A stretch of DNA of 63,407 bases, counting the filler. It is 15 parts of 15 records of this genome, joined end to end, with 100 filler letters (N's around TTAATTAATTAA, not from the genome) between each part and the next. Parts side by side here need not be neighbours in the genome. Positions count along the whole stretch, not along the records: positions 34,984 to 39,674 come from SRR7504441_95427; positions 39,775 to 43,155 come from SRR7504441_95436; positions 43,256 to 48,048 come from SRR7504441_96057; 12 more parts are not named here. One strand, given 5' to 3'. The position numbers and the translations under genes are program-made. Position 1 is the stretch's first letter; each line of letters starts with the position of its first letter. The notes below the pieces were generated by a model, which ran no database searches, was not told where the DNA came from, and saw nothing but the letters and a program-made list of their open reading frames with translations. Below are positions 36,254 to 46,923 of this stretch, piece by piece.

Positions 36254-37126
36254 ATGGAGGCAATGTGCCAGCTCTCGCAGCCGAGTGCGGAGCGGCCGGC
36301 GGAGGGCAAGCTGCTGCACATGATCAGCCCAGGCGCCAGCTGCTCGGTCGATCTGGCCGGCTGCCTCTGCCCGGGCTGCACCGACCCCGGGCTCTCGTCC
36401 GAAGGCAAGCAGCAGTGCGCCGCGCTGAGCAGCCTCACCCCGCGGCTGGTGGTGTGCGCCCCGCTCGCCCGGGCCATCGGCACCGCCCAGCTCGGATTTG
36501 GGCATTGCCGCCCGCGGCTGGTGGTGATGAGCGAGCTCTTAGCCCCTGGCGAGACTCCCCGCTCGCGGGAGGCGCTGCAGGCGGAGTTCGAGATGGTGGA
36601 CGAATGGGCCGCGGCAGGGAACCACGCGCTCTGGCTGGCCAGTCAGCCGGAGCCGACCTGGCCCCGGCCGAGCGCCGACCTTGAACAGGCGGCTGCCCGG
36701 GCGTGCAGTGTTTTCGAGTGGCTTGGTACCCGGCCGGAGCGGGAGCTGGCGGTGGTTGCCTCCTCGGAATTCTGGCGGCACTGCCTGCGGTTCGGTTCGC
36801 CCTCAAAGTGGCCCAGGGTGCCGGCCACATCGCCAGGACATAGACGGCACCGGTCGGTAGTGGGCTTCGACTCCGTGGAGTTAGCCGAGAGCCTAGCACT
36901 CGAATTCGGAGAGGCAACTGTGCGCACAGTATGGGCAAGCTTTCAGAGCGTCTACTGCCCTCCGGACGGGCAGACCCTGAGCCCGGCGGAGCGGTTCCAC
37001 AGCCCGCCGACATCGGGCGAGCAGGACAGCGAGCCCGCCGAGAGGAGCCGGGCGAGTGGGGCGCCTGGCAAGTGGTTTGGAGGGGCAGCGACAGCTGAGC
37101 CTGACAAGTGTCCGGCTGGTACTTAG
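36254..37126 (+). CDS. Histidine phosphatase / phosphoglycerate mutase-fold protein, probably inactive
   Basis: DPGLSSEGKQQ, VVCAPLARAIGTA, WLGTRPERELAVVA. The RHG motif reads SPG. Confidence 0.7.
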   Translation: MEAMCQLSQPSAERPAEGKLLHMISPGASCSVDLAGCLCPGCTDPGLSSEGKQQCAALSSLTPRLVVCAPLARAIGTAQLGFGHCRPRLVVMSELLAPGETPRSREALQAEFEMVDEWAAAGNHALWLASQPEPTWPRPSADLEQAAARACSVFEWLGTRPERELAVVASSEFWRHCLRFGSPSKWPRVPATSPGHRRHRSVVGFDSVELAESLALEFGEATVRTVWASFQSVYCPPDGQTLSPAERFHSPPTSGEQDSEPAERSRASGAPGKWFGGAATAEPDKCPAGT

Positions 37127-37323
37127 TACTCGTAAGATCGTAATATATAGTGTACTGTATTGATTTCATTGAATGCTTCATAATTATTCTAATAATTGAA
37201 GAGTTCACGTAGGCACGAGCACACGACCGGGCATGCTGGAACACGTCGATGAGTTCCAACGCAACCACTACGTGTAATCCAAAATCAGCACTTCAACACG
37301 CACGCGGCACCGAGTGAGGCGCT

Positions 37324-38880
37324 TCACCGCCTCTTCTTGTCAGAGCCCTTCCGGCCGCGGCTCGCCTTGGGAGAGCTTGCCTTCTGGGCTTCGTCCTCGT
37401 TGTCCTCCTCGGGCTGCAAGTCCTCCTTTTTGCCAATCGAGTCACCGAGGAACTTCATCAGGTCCTGGCAGGTGCGCTTCTCGAGCTCTTTGTTGTAATA
37501 GTCCTGCTTTAGCCGTGTGCGCAGCCCATTCACTGTCCGGATGCACAGAGTGCCCTTCTTAAACCAGAGGTGCTCAGTCCAGTGGGAGACCTTCCGGCAC
37601 ACGTATACCTCCTTGATGTTGTTGAAGGCCATCAGTATTGAGGTGAGCACCACCACGTAGTATCGCGACAGATAGACACACCGCTCGTTCTTGTCAAAGT
37701 ATATCGCCTCAATAATCGCAGTCCCAAACAACAGCACGCCGCCCAGTGCAATCAACACCGCCACCGGCTGCTCGTGCTGCCTGAACACAACCATCTGAAC
37801 CGTCTCGGCGTTGGACCGGATCACGACAGAGCCCTTGGAGAATCCGAGACTCGCGTGGATCCCTACGGTCACAGCATCGCGGTCCTCCGCTGCAAACAGC
37901 TCGAGCCCTCGGAACGTCTCATTGTGCGCCGCGCTCAGCTCCTCATCTGCCGGCTGGTCGGTCTCCATCAGATCGATCAGGTTGCCCTGTCCGTCATCCA
38001 CCTGCCGAAAGCTCGCACGCGCCGACTGCCGGGCTACCTGGATCACACGTCGGATCCGCTCCCCTGTGAGCGCCCAGGTGTGCGCGTGCTCTTTGATCTG
38101 CCGCCAGCTCCAGCCCGCCGGCTGGCCCAGCCCACCCGCAGCTGCTCAGGTGAGAGTAGGGCAACTGGCTTTGTCCGGGCAAACGAGTACGGGAACAGGA
38201 GCGACTCCTGTGGCGCCGGTCAGCCCCGGGAGCGACCGGGGGGGCACATGGGCGGCGATGCAGGTGGTCTTGTTCCCCGAATCCTTGAGCAGCTCCTTCA
38301 GCTCGTCCTCGAACGAACAGGCGAACCCGTTGAACCCACGCACCTACCGCCCGGCTCGAACGGCCCGCCTGGTTTGGCGGCACATTCTCGGCCTCGTGGG
38401 CGCACAGGAAGCAGGCCCGCGTGTCGGCGGTGAAGGCGAACCGGCCGACTACCAGAATCATGAACAGCCCGAACATCTGCCGGGCCGGTTCGCCACCCGC
38501 CGGGCGGGCCGGCTCACAGGCCAGAAGAAGTTCATTTCGACCACGCAGTAGGCCGATTCCGTGGTGAGCCGGCGGGCGATGAACTGGGCCCGGGTGAGCC
38601 GGGCCGGCTGGAAGGGCCGGCGCCTCCTCGATCTTGCGATAGACAGGTCCTGTGAGGAATCCGTACACGAAGAGCCCGACGGCCAGTACGAGCAGCGGGG
38701 TGAAGTAGGTCTCGAGCGTGGTCTTGTCGATCAGGTCGAGCACCGCCCACGAGGCCCGGGCCACGGTGGGCTTCATCACCGTGTCGGCCAGCGTGATTTC
38801 CGTGCTGAACTGAGAGGCCAGGCCTGCAGCGCCGCGGTACTAATCAGAGATCGGCCGGGCGAGCCGGGTCTACCTGCCAT
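37324..38880 (-). CDS. Membrane protein with a C-terminal EROS/CYBC1-like region; multi-intron
   Basis: ATG GCA G|gtag...cag first exon. TM segments, then IEAIYFDKN...NIKEVYV...LCIRTVNG...CQDLMKFL. Confidence 0.5.
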
Positions 38881-38950
38881 GTTGTCCGGTGGATCGCGAT
38901 CGGAGCCAACAACTCGCGAGTTGTGGCCAACAGCACACTGCGCTGCAGTG

Positions 38951-39674
38951 ATGGGCCGGATCCTGACGGCCAGCGTCGGGCTCGGGAGGGGGGAGGAGTG
39001 GCAGCCCTTCCTGCCGCGCGACGAGGAGCAGACGCCGGTGCCTCCCGGCGCGGCCGCCGGCCAGCCGGACCCGGGCAGCTCCCGCCGCTGGAGCAGGAGC
39101 AGCTGAGCCTGCGCCCCGACGGCACGATACCGGAGCTGCCGGAGCTGCGCCGCCGGGTGTTCCTGCAGGCGGCCGCCAGCCCGTGGCTTTGGTTGAGCTT
39201 GTGCGGGCAGGGCGTGGCGCCCGCAGCCCGGCGGACGGTGTGGCCGCTAATCCTTGGCTGCTTCACGGGGCACGAGTCGTCCAACGAGCGGCAAGAGACC
39301 CGGCAGGGCGTGCAGTGCGCCCTGTGGCCGAGCATGCCTGCGGAGACGGTGGCAGGGCGATGCTCTCCTCACTGCTGGCCCGGGCGGATGGGCTGACCGC
39401 GGAGGAATCCGAGAGGATCGGATTCGAAAGGATTGCGATCGACATCCGTAAGGACGTGCGCCGGACTGACAGGAGCCTGCCGTACTTTGCGCAGGACGAA
39501 AGCCCGGCGCTGGGCAGCCTGGAGCGGATCCTGACGGCGCAGGCGCTGTGTAACCCTGTGGTCGGGTATTGCCAGGGAATGAGTGACTTGCTCTCGCCGT
39601 TACTTTGGGTGATGCGAGACGAGGCCGACGCCTACTGGATCTTCTCGGTGCTGATGCGCCGGATGGACCCGCTG
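38951..39674 (+). CDS. TBC-domain Rab GTPase-activating protein (TBC1D15/17/25-like), 3' truncated
   Basis: RRTVWPLILG, IRKDVRRTDR, GYCQGMSDLLSPL. Confidence 0.92.
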
Positions 39675-39774
39675 NNNNNNNNNNNNNNNNNNNNNNNNNN
39701 NNNNNNNNNNNNNNNNNNTTAATTAATTAANNNNNNNNNNNNNNNNNNNNNNNNNNNNNNNNNNNNNNNNNNNN

Positions 39775-40938
39775 GCCGCAGAGCCCCAAGAACGGTTTGC
39801 ATTACGGCTCGCGGAACCGGCGGTCGTCGGACAAGGCTGAGTCGAGCCCCTGCTGGTGCGGCCAGTCGGCGGGCCGAGCCGTCACCCGGGCGCAGGGCGG
39901 ACCCGCTCGGACTGATCGGCCTGGTGCTGCGGGCGGCGCTGGCTCTGACTCTGGGTATGTACCTGGGCGAGCATCTCGGGATCGGCAGATTCGAGAGCCA
40001 GCCCGCGCTGGGGTCTCAGCTGATCCTGGGCAGCTGCATCGTGGCCACGCTTGTGCTGCTGGAACAGGCCTCCCTGGTCGCGGTGGGGGCGATGGCTCGC
40101 CTGGGAGCCATCACCGAGCTCACCGGCTCGCTTACCAACCGCAAGGTCATTTCGCGGAGGCAGCTCGAGGGTCTGGCCATGCTCTTATTCGGGCTCGAAG
40201 GCATCCGGATCCAGACCAGCTATGGCTGGGGGTTCGCTGGGGTCCAGGGCCGGCCGTTCGGCTACTGCGCCCAGACCTACCGGCTGGTTACCATCCAGTT
40301 CGCCTATCAGTGTTGGAACACCATCACCAGCATCCGGTGTCCCTTCTCGGCCGCCCGGGCTGAGCTGGAGTCGGTGCAGAGACAGCGACGGTGCCGTGTT
40401 CGTGGGCCACCACATGGTCACGTCGACGCTTTGCTACCTGCTGCTCACTCCATTCATGATGGGCTTCGCCCCGTACTTCCTGGGGGTCAGTGAGATATCC
40501 ACCGCCCCGCTCTGCTTCTTGGCCATGTTCGACCAACAGTTCGGAGTTCCTGCGCTCGCTGAGAGATTCCCGACTGCCAAGACTCTGCTGGGACTGCTCT
40601 TTGTATCGCTGTTCCTAGCGTGCCGGGTCTTCGGCTGGCTCTATTTTAACGTGGCTTTCGAGGTCGAGATGCTTTCGTACTTCCCAGAGTTTGTCCAGCG
40701 CTGCTTCCCCCATGAGCTCGCTGCAAGCATTGTCCATATGGAGCACGCGAATGCAACAGCCATCGGACAAGTGGCGCCCGAAGGCTTCACCTTTTGGGGG
40801 ATCGAGGGAGATTTTCATCCGACGCTCGCGCTCATCCTGCTGCTCAACTTCGGGATGACCATCCTGCAATTCGTCTGGTTGGGTGAGATCATCACAACTG
40901 TAGCCAAAGAGTTTGGCCCCAAGAAGAAGCAAACATGA
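39775..40938 (+). CDS. TLC (TRAM/LAG1/CLN8) domain membrane protein, 5' truncated
   Basis: FVGHHMVT, GVSEISTAPL, FLACRV, LQFVWLGEII. Confidence 0.8.
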
Positions 40939-41190
40939 ACTAAGCTTAAGTCTTGACTTTACCAATGAACAATCAATCATTATGTACGAGTACACGTGCT
41001 GATATCTAGAATCTAGAGTGCCATTATCTAGAATCTAGAGTGTTGTGCATAATGAATACATTATGCTACAAAGTTACATGAAGTCTTGTAAATGCAAGGT
41101 AACTTGTTAATAATTATGTGGCCTTTTAGGGCTCCGACTTTCTAATATAGTAAATGTACTGTACAAGTGCCTATGTGCATCTGTAATTAC

Positions 41191-43155
41191 TCATAGATCA
41201 CACTGAGTCTCTTGAAGCAGACCCTCGATCGCCGAGTTGACCCTCGCCCGCACTTGCTCGATCCGAGAGTTATTTGTTGTGTAAGGATGAGCTGCCGACG
41301 CGTTGTGTGTCCAAGGGTCGAGTGGGTTTTGCCAAATCAAGGTGCGAACCTCCGCCAGCGCACTGTGCCCCTCGATTCCAGCTGCCGGCCTCCCGTTGCG
41401 GCTCGAGCATGCCGAGAGCCTCTGCAGCAAAAAGAGCGCCTCGGCGTCCTCGAGGCCTTCCCGGAACAACTCCCAACGGACCGAACTCGAGAGCGCAGCT
41501 CCGGCACCAAATGGCGATCGTGGTGTGCCGGCCCGAGGCGGGTAAAAGATGAAGCCGTAGCCAGGCCAGAAGCCACGCAACGGTTCCGACGGGTCCTCCC
41601 AGGGCGATTTCGAAAAGGCACCGCAGTTGTCGCAGTAAAAAGTGAGCGAACCGTGCACTCCCAGCCCTGCTGGCACCCCTGACCAATTGCCGGAGTTGGT
41701 GAGCCAAAGAAGCCACGCAAACAGCCTCATCCGCGCGCCAGCAGCGTCTAACACTGCCAGCTCATTGTTGTATACCTGAACTACAGGCACGCCTTGGATC
41801 TTGGATCGCGCGAGCAATTGGGCGACGCGGCTCGGCACGTCGGAATCTGTAAAATAGTTGGCTATGCTCCAAACGTCCACCATCGGGATGATGCTGTCCA
41901 GCGCGGTCTGATTCTGAACCCAGTATGGCCATGCCGCCGGGAAGCGAGTCTGCTCAATCAAGATACCGGGCGCCACCCTCTTGACCAAGGCTAGCAGGTT
42001 CTGGAGCGCAACAGCGGTGAAGTTGTGAGGGTAGAACGGCTCGTCCTTCACAGCCATTGAAAATCCAACCTTCTCGAGCCACCCGTTGTCCGATAGGTGG
42101 GTTGAGATTGCTGTGAGCACGGCGAGCAGGGTGTCCTCAAACGTCTTGTTGAATACGACATGCGGAGGGTCGTAAGTGGTGAGGCTTTGGTCAAACACAG
42201 TCAGCTCTACTTGGTCGCTGAATCTCCAGGTGCCGTTGGGCATGATGCACTTGTCCCAGTTGAGTGCCTGGCCGTGGAACTCGCTCTGTGGCGTAAACCC
42301 GCCAGTGAGAGTGAGAGAAGGCGCCCTGGCTCCAAGCAGAACTGGCACGGCAAGCCGCTTAATTGTTGAGCCGGGTCTGAGAACCAGCTCCACTGCGGCG
42401 TCGTACAGAGAGGTGTTGTGGAGAGTCACGGACGCCTTGTGGGTGGCGTTGGGGAGCCCGATTGTGCCCTCAAGTGCAGGGAAGGCCGATGGTAAGTAAG
42501 CGATTGCTGTCACCCTGTGCCCCAACATCTGGCTGTAGCCCGCATCCAGCACCTCACTGTACGAGTAATTCGAGAACAGGGCTGGGCGTTTCGTCTGGTC
42601 GTGCGCCCAGTCCGTCTGGTCCATGATCAACGGCACAGAGTCCGTTGTGAGCGTCCGTTGGCTCAGTGAGAAGTTGAGTACCTTGAGCTCAAAGTCTAGC
42701 TTTGCACCGCCACCGGCCCCCCAGCGCAGCACCATCCGGCCGCTGAACGTCCCAGCAACTGCCGCCTCGGGCACGGCCAAAGCCACCCAGAAGGCGGAGG
42801 TCCGGTTTGGAGGCAGCAGCGGCACCCCACCGACAGGGTCAATCTCCACCAGCGGGTCAGGGAACAAGCCGGTCCGATTCGCCGCATTGGTCGGGGCTCG
42901 CACCGGCACGTTGACCACCAGCCGCACGTGCGCCGTCGCGGCTGCGGGCCCCGGGCTGGCGCAGACGACCGACACATTCCTCAACGGGTTGGCCTGCGGG
43001 CGCACAGCGAGCTGGAAGAGCGCGTGCTCGCCGCGTGCGGCTGCGAGGAGCATCGGGGGCTGGTCGCGTAGGATGGGAGCGTCCGGGAAGACTTTCTCCA
43101 AGGCGGGCACGTGCCAGACGGCCGCCTCGTCGTTCGGGGCCGCCCGTCCGACTGG
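41191..43155 (-). CDS. GH123 / DUF4091-like glycoside hydrolase, intronless, 5' truncated
   Basis: EKVFPD...AARGE..FQL, PDPL, DEP, GYGFIFYP and SSVRWELFREGLEDAEALFLL; many N-glycosylation sequons. Confidence 0.75.
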   Translation of the reverse strand, partial: PVGRAAPNDEAAVWHVPALEKVFPDAPILRDQPPMLLAAARGEHALFQLAVRPQANPLRNVSVVCASPGPAAATAHVRLVVNVPVRAPTNAANRTGLFPDPLVEIDPVGGVPLLPPNRTSAFWVALAVPEAAVAGTFSGRMVLRWGAGGGAKLDFELKVLNFSLSQRTLTTDSVPLIMDQTDWAHDQTKRPALFSNYSYSEVLDAGYSQMLGHRVTAIAYLPSAFPALEGTIGLPNATHKASVTLHNTSLYDAAVELVLRPGSTIKRLAVPVLLGARAPSLTLTGGFTPQSEFHGQALNWDKCIMPNGTWRFSDQVELTVFDQSLTTYDPPHVVFNKTFEDTLLAVLTAISTHLSDNGWLEKVGFSMAVKDEPFYPHNFTAVALQNLLALVKRVAPGILIEQTRFPAAWPYWVQNQTALDSIIPMVDVWSIANYFTDSDVPSRVAQLLARSKIQGVPVVQVYNNELAVLDAAGARMRLFAWLLWLTNSGNWSGVPAGLGVHGSLTFYCDNCGAFSKSPWEDPSEPLRGFWPGYGFIFYPPRAGTPRSPFGAGAALSSSVRWELFREGLEDAEALFLLQRLSACSSRNGRPAAGIEGHSALAEVRTLIWQNPLDPWTHNASAAHPYTTNNSRIEQVRARVNSAIEGLLQETQCDL

Positions 43156-43255
43156 NNNNNNNNNNNNNNNNNNNNNNNNNNNNNNNNNNNNNNNNNNNNT
43201 TAATTAATTAANNNNNNNNNNNNNNNNNNNNNNNNNNNNNNNNNNNNNNNNNNNN

Positions 43256-45782
43256 ATGGACGTCGCGCTCAACAAGCCTTTGATTGTGACGTGTGGCACA
43301 GACCATACTGTGCGTGCGTGGAACTACCTCACAATGAGCTGCGAGCTGACCAAGTGCTTTCCCAACGACGACCTGCTCTCGCTCGCCTGCCACCCCGACG
43401 GCTTCCAGATCGCTGTCGGGTTCCGGGACAAACTCCGACTGCTCCAGCTCTCAATTGATGACATGAAGCAGATGAATGAATTTGGGCCCAAGGGCTGCCG
43501 ACAGTGTCGCTTCTCTGTGGGCGGGCACTTGCTGGCTGCAGTCAACGGGCCTAAAATCCAGATTTACGAGACGTTCGTGACACGCAACTCAAGCCCGCCG
43601 CCGGTGATGGTGTTGGATGGGCACTCGCACTTAGTGACCCACATATCATTCCAGCGTGGCGATCATTTCCTGGCCTCGTGTTCTATTGACGGGACTGTGT
43701 ACCAATGGGACCTGCAGTCGCGCACTAGAGCGGCTGAGCATGTAGAAAAGAGAGTCAAGTGCGAATGCGTGGTGTTTGCAGAGGCGGAGAATACCATGAT
43801 TGCATGTGGGAGCGCCAAGCCAGCCAACGACAAGGGGCGCAGTGGCAAGGCAAACTCGACTGCCATAGCTGGCGCGGGAAAGGCACAGGGTACAATCAGG
43901 GAGCTTTATACAGAGGCTCATGGGGAGAACCGGGGTGGGCTCAAGTCGGAGCTCAAGCTCAAGAGTGGGCTGGGGAACATGCCGCACAGCTTGTGCCTTA
44001 CGCGGAATGGGCGGCTGCTATTTGTGGGGATGGACAATGGTGCAGTGAGATGCTTCTCATATCCGCAGCAAGGGCCCAAGGCTGGCGAGTTTGACGAGTG
44101 CCAAGCACATGAAGGCCAAGTCTCACACCTCAGGGTGACAGTAAACGATTCCTACTTGGTGAGCACCTCTGATGATGGGACCATATTTGTATATGAGATC
44201 ATAATGATAGAGAACGGCATGAAGCTTCCGGTTAGAAAGCCGGCTGCTGACCAGTTCGTAGATCTATCGCTCATCTCGCAGTCGGCTGTGGATGAGCAAA
44301 AGTCAAGCCTGGACGATCTGGGAGAACAAATCAAGGAGCTTTCTACCTCTACCGAGTATAAGGTGCACATGACTGAGCAATACTATACTGATCTACTCAA
44401 GAAGCAACAAGCTGACCAGGATTCGCTGCGAGAGTCGGAGCAGCAGCGGTATGAGACCCTCAAGCGGATGAAGGAGAAGCAGGAACTCGAGGCAGCTGAG
44501 GCCATCCAGTCGATGGAGGAAGCGCACATGAAGGCCGCTGAGGAACTCGAAGCACTGTACGAACGCAAGTTGGCGATGCATGCTGCGCGATACGAAGAGA
44601 TGCGGGCGGCAAGGGATGATGTGCAGTGTCAATTCGAAGAAAAGATCGAGGTGATGCGGAGAGAACACGAGGTGACGCTTGGGCGACAGCAGTTTGCAGC
44701 GGAGACTGCGCTCTCTGAGCAAGCAAGTGCAATGGAGGAGTTGCAGTGTAGATACGAGCAGGACATGAAGCGCGGGGATGTCTTCCTCTCAGAGACTCAA
44801 GAGGTAGCAGAGATTGAGATATCCAAGATCATGGGCGAGGGTAAGAAGGCACTTGCAGCCCAAAAGTCAGAGAATTTGGACCTCAAGACTGAGACAGCGC
44901 TCTTGAAAAAGAATTTCGAAAAGTACATCAAGGAGCTGGAGGCTAGCAAGGAGGAGATCAAGCGTGGACACGAGAAGGCGCGTGAGCTGGAGGGCACAAT
45001 AGTGAAGCGCAACAAAGAGATAGAGAAGCTCAAGTCGGATGTGAAGGAGCGAGAGGAGCAAATTGCTGAGCGTGGTGGTTGAGAACGCGATGCTCATCCA
45101 GGAGATTAACAACTTGCGCCGGGACAAGAAGCACCTGACTCTCAAGCTGCAAGAGCTCGAGTCCAAGATGGCCTACCAAAACCAAAAGGAGAAGGCCTCC
45201 AAGCGTGGCGAATCACGAGGCTCGGTCCCCAAGATGACTGAGAGCGCCAAACCAGCCACTCGCCAGTCGGAGCAGTCTTCAGGCAGTGGCATCAGCCAGA
45301 ACTATCGCTCAGCAGGGCGGGCAACGCCCTTTGACGAGAGGAACAAGAAGCAGGTGCCAATGAAGGGCTCAACTAAGCAATGGGAGGAGTCCGCCTCAGA
45401 TAGGGCAAGGATGGCTGAGATGGCAATTCGATTGGATGAGAATAATCGTGAGATAGAGATGCAGAAGCTGGAAATCCGGCGGCTCAGGGAGCAGGTGCCC
45501 TCACGTGCTTTTATTCAGTCAGCTGACTGGTCTGTGCAGGTTCGGATGCTATTGCGTCGCGGCTCTGCAGCCGTCGCCGAAGTGGCTGCGGCAGTTGAGG
45601 AAGAGGATGCGGAGGAGAGAGGCCGCAACCGTGAGCTTGGGTCGGCGCAATTCGCGACGTCCCTGCCCGAGCTGCCAGACTCTCCAAAGAGTCCTCCATC
45701 AAACACGATGCCAAGCAAGCCTATAGCATCCACCCCCGGCTCGTCCCGACCGGTTTCGCGTGGCCTCACGGGGTTCTCATAA
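43256..45782 (+). CDS. CFAP57: Cilia/flagella-associated protein 57 (WDR65), 5' truncated, with apparent internal deletion/frameshift at ~45070
   Basis: MDVALNKPLIVTCGTDHTVRAWNY WD40 repeats, a long coiled coil, then ENAMLIQEINNLRR in another frame. Confidence 0.88.
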
Positions 45783-46076
45783 TGCGTTCTGAATAGTGTG
45801 AATGACACATCTGTCGTACGTAATGCTGTTTAAATTCCAAGGCCTCTATTTACACGGGTCCTAAGCGTCGCAACTCGGAAGCTAGCATTGACCGCATTGA
45901 CGCGGCGACGCCAGCCAGACGCCAGCTGCGCACGAGCCAGAATATTAACTGATCGTGTGATTAAGAATGGACGGTCCTGAGCGCACTCTCTTCGTTCTCT
46001 CAACCGCCACAAACCGCCAAGTGGCTGACTCATCTGCGCAGCACACGTGTCGCCGCGAGTGAGGGCGCGCACCGCG

Positions 46077-46574
46077 ATGATATCAAACCAGAGCAGCATG
46101 GAATGCGACGCACAATCCAGCGTCACGACGCCGGAAGCCCCCCCGGCCGGTAGCCGGCCAAGCGACGGGGCCTCGGGCGCGGGGGCGGCGATCAACGGGG
46201 AGGGAGTCAAGAAGGAGCAACAGGAGGCCTCAAGAAGATGCGCCGAGCGGTTTGTAGCGCGTTGGGCCAAGGCGGTGAACTTGCCAGTTGAGGAGGCCAA
46301 GCAGCTGATCTACCGGGTCCTGGATGGCGAGCCCGAGGCTAGACGAGAGCTGGACCGGCTCCGGGCCCAGGCGATGGGCAGTCCAGACCTCAAGGCCAAG
46401 AGCCAACCGGTGGAGCCGAGCTCCCCGACTAGTAGGGAGACGATGTTACCGATGGCCGCGCCGCTCAAGCGTAGACGGAACGGGTTGTCCGACCTGCCGG
46501 CAAGCACCAGGCGGCTAGAATTTGGGAACTTGGTACCTCAGAAGCGGAGCCGCCCGATGGAGGAGGAGCTGTGA
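46077..46574 (+). CDS. Hypothetical protein
   Basis: GC-rich ORF flanked by AT-richer intergenic DNA; no recognisable motif. Confidence 0.55.
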   Translation: MISNQSSMECDAQSSVTTPEAPPAGSRPSDGASGAGAAINGEGVKKEQQEASRRCAERFVARWAKAVNLPVEEAKQLIYRVLDGEPEARRELDRLRAQAMGSPDLKAKSQPVEPSSPTSRETMLPMAAPLKRRRNGLSDLPASTRRLEFGNLVPQKRSRPMEEEL

Positions 46575-46923
46575 TCATGAGCGCGAGCCGTGGCTCTTGC
46601 TGATCCTGGGAACAAGGCGTCGAGCAGCAGATGCGACCTGCTCGGCCAGTGCTCGGTATGCATGTTTTGGTCAATTGATTCACGGTTTCGACGGATGATC
46701 GTAAATTAAAAAGCTTTTAATCCATCGATGAATCATCAGGCATCACCTTCCGCTAGCGCACGCCAAGGGCCTTGAGCTCCGATGCTTTTGATTGCTTGTG
46801 GAATGTTCATCATGTAGTGCTCAAGCTTGCACGTGCAAGCACATTGCATCAGTTGATCAGTCAATGAGCGAAACGGACTCAGTCCATCCCCATCTCGCCC
46901 GGCGCCGAGAGTTGGGTGGCGTC

